DNA of 32,000 bases, taken from positions 370,394 to 402,393 of the forward strand of contig NC_019702.1 in the NCBI RefSeq assembly GCF_000317085.1, given 5' to 3'. Position 1 is the stretch's first letter. Every line of letters begins with the position of its first letter. A program made the translations under genes and the position numbers. Positions 27,862 to 32,000 of the stretch are shown piece by piece. Source of the DNA: Synechococcus sp. PCC 7502. GTDB lineage: Bacteria; Cyanobacteriota; Cyanobacteriia; Pseudanabaenales; Pseudanabaenaceae. The notes below the pieces were generated by a model. The model was not told the origin of the DNA. It made no database searches and was given only the letters and a program-made list of their open reading frames with translations.

Positions 27862-27892
27862 TCAATTGCATGAATTGCCTTGAGTGAATTGC
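27862..27892. repeat. Three copies of the octamer T(C/G)AATTGC (27862-27869, 27871-27878, 27885-27892), about 100-130 nt upstream of the ECF sigma gene
   Basis: Read directly: TCAATTGC a TGAATTGC cttgag TGAATTGC. Confidence 0.85.
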
Positions 27893-28277
27893 TTTGATTA
27901 AACTACCCCACGCATAAATCCGAGAGGCTCCTCTGCTTGAATAATGCGATCGCCCACGGGTTTAATTGATCAGGAAATCGCCCGCCCGTTGGCAAAAGCG
28001 ATGTAGAACTGGTTAATAATCGTCTGAGCTAAGGAACAAATTGCTTGAATTAGTTGGTTTGGCGATCGCTTTTTTCTCCTTTTAATTGCTCTGCTAATAA
28101 ATCTTCGACATCACTTAAGAAGCGATAGAGTCCGTAGGGAGATGGGAGAAAATCACCAACCATAGTTAATTGTTCACATTATTCCTTGGCATTTATTAGC
28201 CAGTCCATATTGTCCTAATCCTTTGCCATACTTAAGTTAAGGAAAGTTAAGTAATCAGATGAAGAATCCGTAGGCTA

Positions 28278-28655
28278 TTACTTCACTTCCTTAGGATCAA
28301 ACTTGGCAATTTTACCCTTCTTCACCGCCACAACTACATCAAAAGTCGTGCAAAGCGAAAGTGTTGTGTCATCCTTTTTGCTGTACAAGTTAACCACAGA
28401 ACCAGCTCCTCCGGGTTGAATACCGATGGGGGTTAGGTCTTTGGCATATAGTTTACGCAATAAATCTCCACTACCGGGTTTCCCCTTGACGGCGGTAATC
28501 TGATCGATCTTAGCTTGAGAGGAAGGAGCTTCGGCAATCTTAACCTCGGCGGCAGATGCTTGAAGAGAATTGAGATTAAACGACTGAAAAGGAACGGTAG
28601 AAATTGAGACAATACTAGCGATCACAGTTGTAGCAAATAGAGAAGTGAGTTTCAT
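28278..28655 (-). CDS. Small secreted hypothetical protein (125 aa)
   Basis: Signal peptide MKLTSLFATTVIASIVSISTV...ASA, followed by a non-repetitive mature part. Lies 74 nt downstream of ispH on the same strand. Confidence 0.5.
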   Translation of the reverse strand: MKLTSLFATTVIASIVSISTVPFQSFNLNSLQASAAEVKIAEAPSSQAKIDQITAVKGKPGSGDLLRKLYAKDLTPIGIQPGGAGSVVNLYSKKDDTTLSLCTTFDVVVAVKKGKIAKFDPKEVK

Positions 28656-28729
28656 ATATGTATCCTTTATGTTCTGTGTACATTCTGTTTACGCAGGGAT
28701 AAAAGAAATGGATGAAAAATTGCTGAATT

Positions 28730-29938
28730 TTAATTTTTAAGGCTAAATATTTTAGAAATCACATCTGCCACAACCTTGTCAGGGGTAGAAGCTCCAGAGG
28801 TAATACCAATTTTAACTTTGCCTTGAGGCAACCAATTTGGGGACTGGGTTAAAGGCTCACCTAAAGGCTTATGCTCAATTGTATTGGCAGAAATAATGCG
28901 ATCGCTACTATCAACATGATAGGAAGGTAAACCTTTGGCAATGGCGATTTCCTGTAAGTGGGTAGTGTTAGAGGAATTGTAGCCACCTATAACAATCATT
29001 AAATCTAATGGCTCTTCAACAATTTCTAACATGGCATCTTGACGTTCTTGGGTGGCATCACAGATGGTGTTATAGCTCAAGAAATGCTGGTTTAAATTTT
29101 CTACCCCGTACTTGACCATTACGGTTTTCTCAAATAGTTTCCCGATCGCCTCGGTTTCACCCTTAAGCATGGTGGTTTGGTTAGCAATCCCCACTCTTTG
29201 TAGATGTAAATCGGGATCAAATCCTGTGGATACAGCCTTACTAAATTTGGTCAAAAATTCGGTGCGATCGCCGCCATTGAGCATGTAGTTAGAGACATAT
29301 TCCGCCTCTTCCATATTCAAAACAACTAAATATCGCTTAGCATAAGAAATTGTGGCGATCGTCTCTTCATGGCTATACTTACCATGCACAATTGAAGTAA
29401 AATCAGCTTTCTTATGTTTCTCCACCCGATTCCACACCTTAGATACCCAAGGGCAAGTCGTATCAACAATTGTGCAGCCAATCTCATTGAGTAATTGGGT
29501 TTCTTGAATACTGGCACCAAAGGCAGGGAGAATTACCACATCCCCAGTTTTAACGACAGAAAAGTCTTTATTACCCTTAGCATCTGCCTCAATAAACTGC
29601 ACCTGCATTTCCTTTAATCGCTGATTAACCGCAGGATTATGAATAATTTCATTGGTAATCCAAATGCGCTCTGTGGGAAATTGTTTTCTCGCCTCATAGG
29701 CAATGGCGATCGCCCGTTCTACGCCCCAACAAAAACCAAAGGACTGCGCTAAATAGATCGTGACATCACCTTGGGTATATACATAGTTAGCATCACGAAT
29801 TGTTTGGACTAAATCACTGTAATACTCAGTTTTCATATTACTTTCCACTTCTACCTCATGCCCAAAGCCTTGGCGATGATAGTTAGGAGATTTTTGGAGT
29901 GATCGCCTTAAAGCCTGAGTATCTAGTGTATTTTCCAT
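28730..29938 (-). CDS. ispH: 4-hydroxy-3-methylbut-2-enyl diphosphate reductase (long cyanobacterial/plant type)
   Basis: [53 protein letters not shown]. Confidence 0.95.
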   Translation of the reverse strand: MENTLDTQALRRSLQKSPNYHRQGFGHEVEVESNMKTEYYSDLVQTIRDANYVYTQGDVTIYLAQSFGFCWGVERAIAIAYEARKQFPTERIWITNEIIHNPAVNQRLKEMQVQFIEADAKGNKDFSVVKTGDVVILPAFGASIQETQLLNEIGCTIVDTTCPWVSKVWNRVEKHKKADFTSIVHGKYSHEETIATISYAKRYLVVLNMEEAEYVSNYMLNGGDRTEFLTKFSKAVSTGFDPDLHLQRVGIANQTTMLKGETEAIGKLFEKTVMVKYGVENLNQHFLSYNTICDATQERQDAMLEIVEEPLDLMIVIGGYNSSNTTHLQEIAIAKGLPSYHVDSSDRIISANTIEHKPLGEPLTQSPNWLPQGKVKIGITSGASTPDKVVADVISKIFSLKN

Positions 29939-30090
29939 AGCAGTTTTTTACGGTATGTTTCGGAGTGTATTCTTACAATTAAGTATTTTCGATTACCAAG
30001 TATGATTCCTATGATTCTAATAAGAGATTCGAGAAACATTGTTTATTTTAACTGCTAATCGTGGTTGCAAATTGGATTAGTCTTTGGTTC

Positions 30091-30798
30091 TCAAGATTTG
30101 ATTGCTGCTGCTACGATCGCTTGAAATAATCTTTGTTGAGACAGATCATTACTTGCCATTTCTGGATGCCACTGCACAGCAATCGCCCAGGGATGAAGTT
30201 TATGTTCAATTGCCTCGACTACTCCATCGGGAGCCTTTGCCGCTATATCCCAGTTTGGTGACACATTTAGGATGGCTTGATGATGCCATGAGGTTACTTC
30301 CGCAGTAGTTACTCCCATAGCGATCGCCAATTTAGTATCCGCTATCACCTCAACTGTATGGATTGTCCCTTTGGTCTCTTCTTCGTGATCATGACGATGG
30401 GCAATATCTGTACCAAATAGATCCGGAACATGGGGAACCAAATCTCCGCCATCTGCCACATTTAACACTTGTAAGCCTCGACAAATTCCTAAAATTGGCA
30501 CATTTTGACTTAAAGCTAACTTTGCCAAGGCAATTTCAAAGCGATCGCGCTCTGGATCAACAGCATAAACCGCAGGATGAGACTCCCCATTATAAATTTC
30601 TGGCTCAATATCTCCCCCACCCGCTAAAATTACGCCATCTAGCTTAGATAACAATACACTGGGATCAGACTCACCCGGGGGCAGCAGTAAAGGAATTCCG
30701 CCCGCATCTCTAACTGATTTAACATAAGAACTTTGCAGACTATAGTCACCTTCGGCATTTTTGCCGTACATTGTGATCCCAATTATTGGTTTGAGCAT
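30091..30798 (-). CDS. Class I glutamine amidotransferase-like / peptidase C26 (gamma-glutamyl-GABA hydrolase family)
   Basis: LGICRGLQVLNV (nucleophile Cys), SWHHQA, and QWHPE (His/Glu of the triad). Confidence 0.85.
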   Translation of the reverse strand: MLKPIIGITMYGKNAEGDYSLQSSYVKSVRDAGGIPLLLPPGESDPSVLLSKLDGVILAGGGDIEPEIYNGESHPAVYAVDPERDRFEIALAKLALSQNVPILGICRGLQVLNVADGGDLVPHVPDLFGTDIAHRHDHEEETKGTIHTVEVIADTKLAIAMGVTTAEVTSWHHQAILNVSPNWDIAAKAPDGVVEAIEHKLHPWAIAVQWHPEMASNDLSQQRLFQAIVAAAIKS

Positions 30799-31081
30799 TT
30801 CTAAAAAATCTGTGTTGATATTTAGTGAATATTCTAAAACTATGAATTTGAGGAAGAGTTAAACCCTATTAAATACCACCTATTAAATCTTAAGAGTGGA
30901 AATAATTAGATCAGTTTATTATCCGATCATTATCAACTAAGGTTATGGAATGTAGCCAAATAATTTTTCGATCTAAAAAACTTTATTCCTGAAATTAGTG
31001 AATAATTAACATTGTTAGTTTTTAGTACTAATTCATAGACTTTTTAGTCTTATCCATTAAATCTCCCTAGAAAACCTATTT

Positions 31082-31786
31082 ATGACGTTTGATCCTTTAA
31101 AAGATGGGAAAAGTCGCATTGAGCTTGTCAGTTCGATGGGTACCGATTTAGATGTGGTCAATGATGCCAGAGCTAGTTTTGAGAAATCTTCGACTGAATT
31201 AACCGATAAAGATACCAAGCTGATTAATTATTTGATTAAGCATCATCATACCAGCCCATTTCGAGGAGTAGTATTCAAATTCAAAGTTAAAGCCCCCCTT
31301 TATGTGTGCAGACAATGGTGGAAGCACACTGTCGCCTCTAATCATAATGATGAGCAGCTGGGTTGGAATGAAAAAAGTTTTCGCTATGTGGCTGCTACAG
31401 ATGAGGAGGATTTTTATATTCCTCAAGTATTTAGACAACAATCGGAGAGTAACAGACAAGCAAGCGGAGGAAAACTGCCTTCGGATTTAAATCAACAGGC
31501 GATCGCTATCTATGAACGGCAATGTCAAGCTAGTTATGCTACATATCGAGAGCTTCTAAACTTAGGAGTATCACGGGAACAAGCAAGGGGCGTGTTAATA
31601 CCTAGTGTCTATACTTCTTGGGTTTGGACTGTATCTTTGCAATCGGTTCTTCACTTTGTGGGATTGCGATCAGGGGAAGGTGCTCAATCAGAAATTGGTG
31701 CCTATGCCCAAGCGATCGCCCAGTTAATTGCCCCAATCGTTCCAGAAACAATCAAAGCATGGCAGTCTTCTAATTCCCAGTTTTAA
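31082..31786 (+). CDS. thyX: FAD-dependent thymidylate synthase ThyX homologue (divergent signature motif)
   Basis: Collinear with remembered T. maritima ThyX (ELV..MG.DL..V..AR.SF, YL.KH.H.SPF..VVF.F.VKAP..V.RQW, FYIP, AR.VLP...YT...WTV...S...F..LR...AQ.EI). The RHR motif reads KHT. Confidence 0.85.
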   Translation: MTFDPLKDGKSRIELVSSMGTDLDVVNDARASFEKSSTELTDKDTKLINYLIKHHHTSPFRGVVFKFKVKAPLYVCRQWWKHTVASNHNDEQLGWNEKSFRYVAATDEEDFYIPQVFRQQSESNRQASGGKLPSDLNQQAIAIYERQCQASYATYRELLNLGVSREQARGVLIPSVYTSWVWTVSLQSVLHFVGLRSGEGAQSEIGAYAQAIAQLIAPIVPETIKAWQSSNSQF

Positions 31787-31803
31787 CTGCCTAATTTTAA
31801 TAG

Positions 31804-32000
31804 TTAGCTCATTTCTAACATTCTCTGGATCGGGCGCAGTGCTGCTAAGCGAGTTGATTCATTTAAAGTAATTTCAGGGGTACGGTTTTTCATTGCCAAA
31901 TATAGTTTTTCTAGGGTATTTAGGCGCATGTGCGGACATTGATTGCAGGCACAGTCATGCTCTGGTGGGGCTGGAATTAAAATTTTGCTAGGGGCAGCTT
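31804..32000 (-). CDS. nadA: Quinolinate synthase NadA, C-terminal fragment (5' part outside the window); absent from the supplied ORF track
   Basis: My own translation of the minus strand from the window edge gives [75 protein letters not shown] is the conserved NadA C-terminal Fe-S Cys region. Confidence 0.78.
   Translation of the reverse strand, partial: AAPSKILIPAPPEHDCACNQCPHMRLNTLEKLYLAMKNRTPEITLNESTRLAALRPIQRMLEMS

Noticed and set aside
28668-28682. NtcA-like site GTA-N-TAC upstream of the small secreted protein gene
   Set aside because: The spacer is 9 nt (GTAcattctgttTAC), not the canonical GTA-N8-TAC. No properly spaced -10 element was evident.
30799-31081. Short repeated words in the GATase/thyX divergent spacer (TTAGTGAATA x2, CCTATTAAAT x2, ATTAAATCT x2, hairpin AGACTttttAGTCT)
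   Set aside because: The region is very AT-rich, so 9-10-mers recur easily by chance. The spacing is irregular and matches no known operator consensus.
1046-31490. Twenty short ORFs in the supplied track that lie antisense to, or out of frame within, longer genes: 1046-1309, 1619-1885, 2272-2520, 11204-11503, 12373-12570, 12815-13000, 13203-13391, 13804-13995, 15627-15830, 17996-18223, 19617-19805, 20193-20450, 24058-24444, 25029-25220, 26953-27225, 29326-29520, 30102-30308, 30363-30647, 31199-31459, 31302-31490
   Set aside because: Each is fully or largely embedded in a longer ORF that has clear family motifs. Their translations are low-complexity or Ser/Pro/Leu/Arg-rich shadow frames with no recognisable motif. 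They are treated as non-coding.
1-32000. GCGATCGC copies considered as a CRISPR array or mobile-element repeats
   Set aside because: The copies are isolated 8-bp palindromes scattered inside coding sequence, with no regular spacing and no longer conserved flanks. This is the genome-wide cyanobacterial HIP1 phenomenon, not a CRISPR array or a MITE family.
1-32000. Depletion of RGCGCY sites as evidence for HaeII-like specificity of the R-M pair
   Set aside because: In a rough by-eye tally of about 30 GCGC tetramers, only about 4 sit in RGCGCY context. The other palindromic class, YGCGCR, is equally rare. The sample is too small and unspecific; this needs a genome-wide k-mer test.

Overview
The window looks like a cyanobacterial chromosomal segment. 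By eye I count about 50 copies of the HIP1 octamer GCGATCGC, and the gene content fits (ndhC-K-J, heme oxygenase, crtH, an SLH/OprB porin, a BT1 folate transporter, Uma2). I support 37 protein-coding features, two of them truncated by the window edges: an EAL domain at the left and nadA at the right. The supplied ORF track missed nadA. Most genes are tightly packed housekeeping genes: apt, ndhCKJ, coaD, ureG, crtH, aroA, ispH, thyX, and an ECF sigma/anti-sigma pair. I saw no rRNA, tRNA, CRISPR array, transposase or integrase. The one clear accessory element is an AT-rich, HIP1-free insert of about 2.2 kb at 13.1-15.3 kb. It carries an M.HhaI-like cytosine-5 DNA methyltransferase translationally coupled (TAATG) to a 354-aa uncharacterised putative restriction endonuclease. 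Other items worth a second look:
- a ThyX homologue whose canonical RHR signature reads KHT and carries an insertion
- an orphan serine-hydrolase-like gene in a second HIP1-poor stretch just after the ndhJ terminator
- a triple TTTGTATAAA direct repeat in the divergent ho1/ndhC control region
- an HtrA-type protease with two duplicated C-terminal domains instead of PDZ
- a 545-aa orphan membrane protein
- a 514-bp unannotated gap upstream of the ECF sigma operon, with TGAATTGC repeats and decayed-looking ORF pieces
All homology statements rest on motif recognition and remembered reference sequences. No searches or computations were run.
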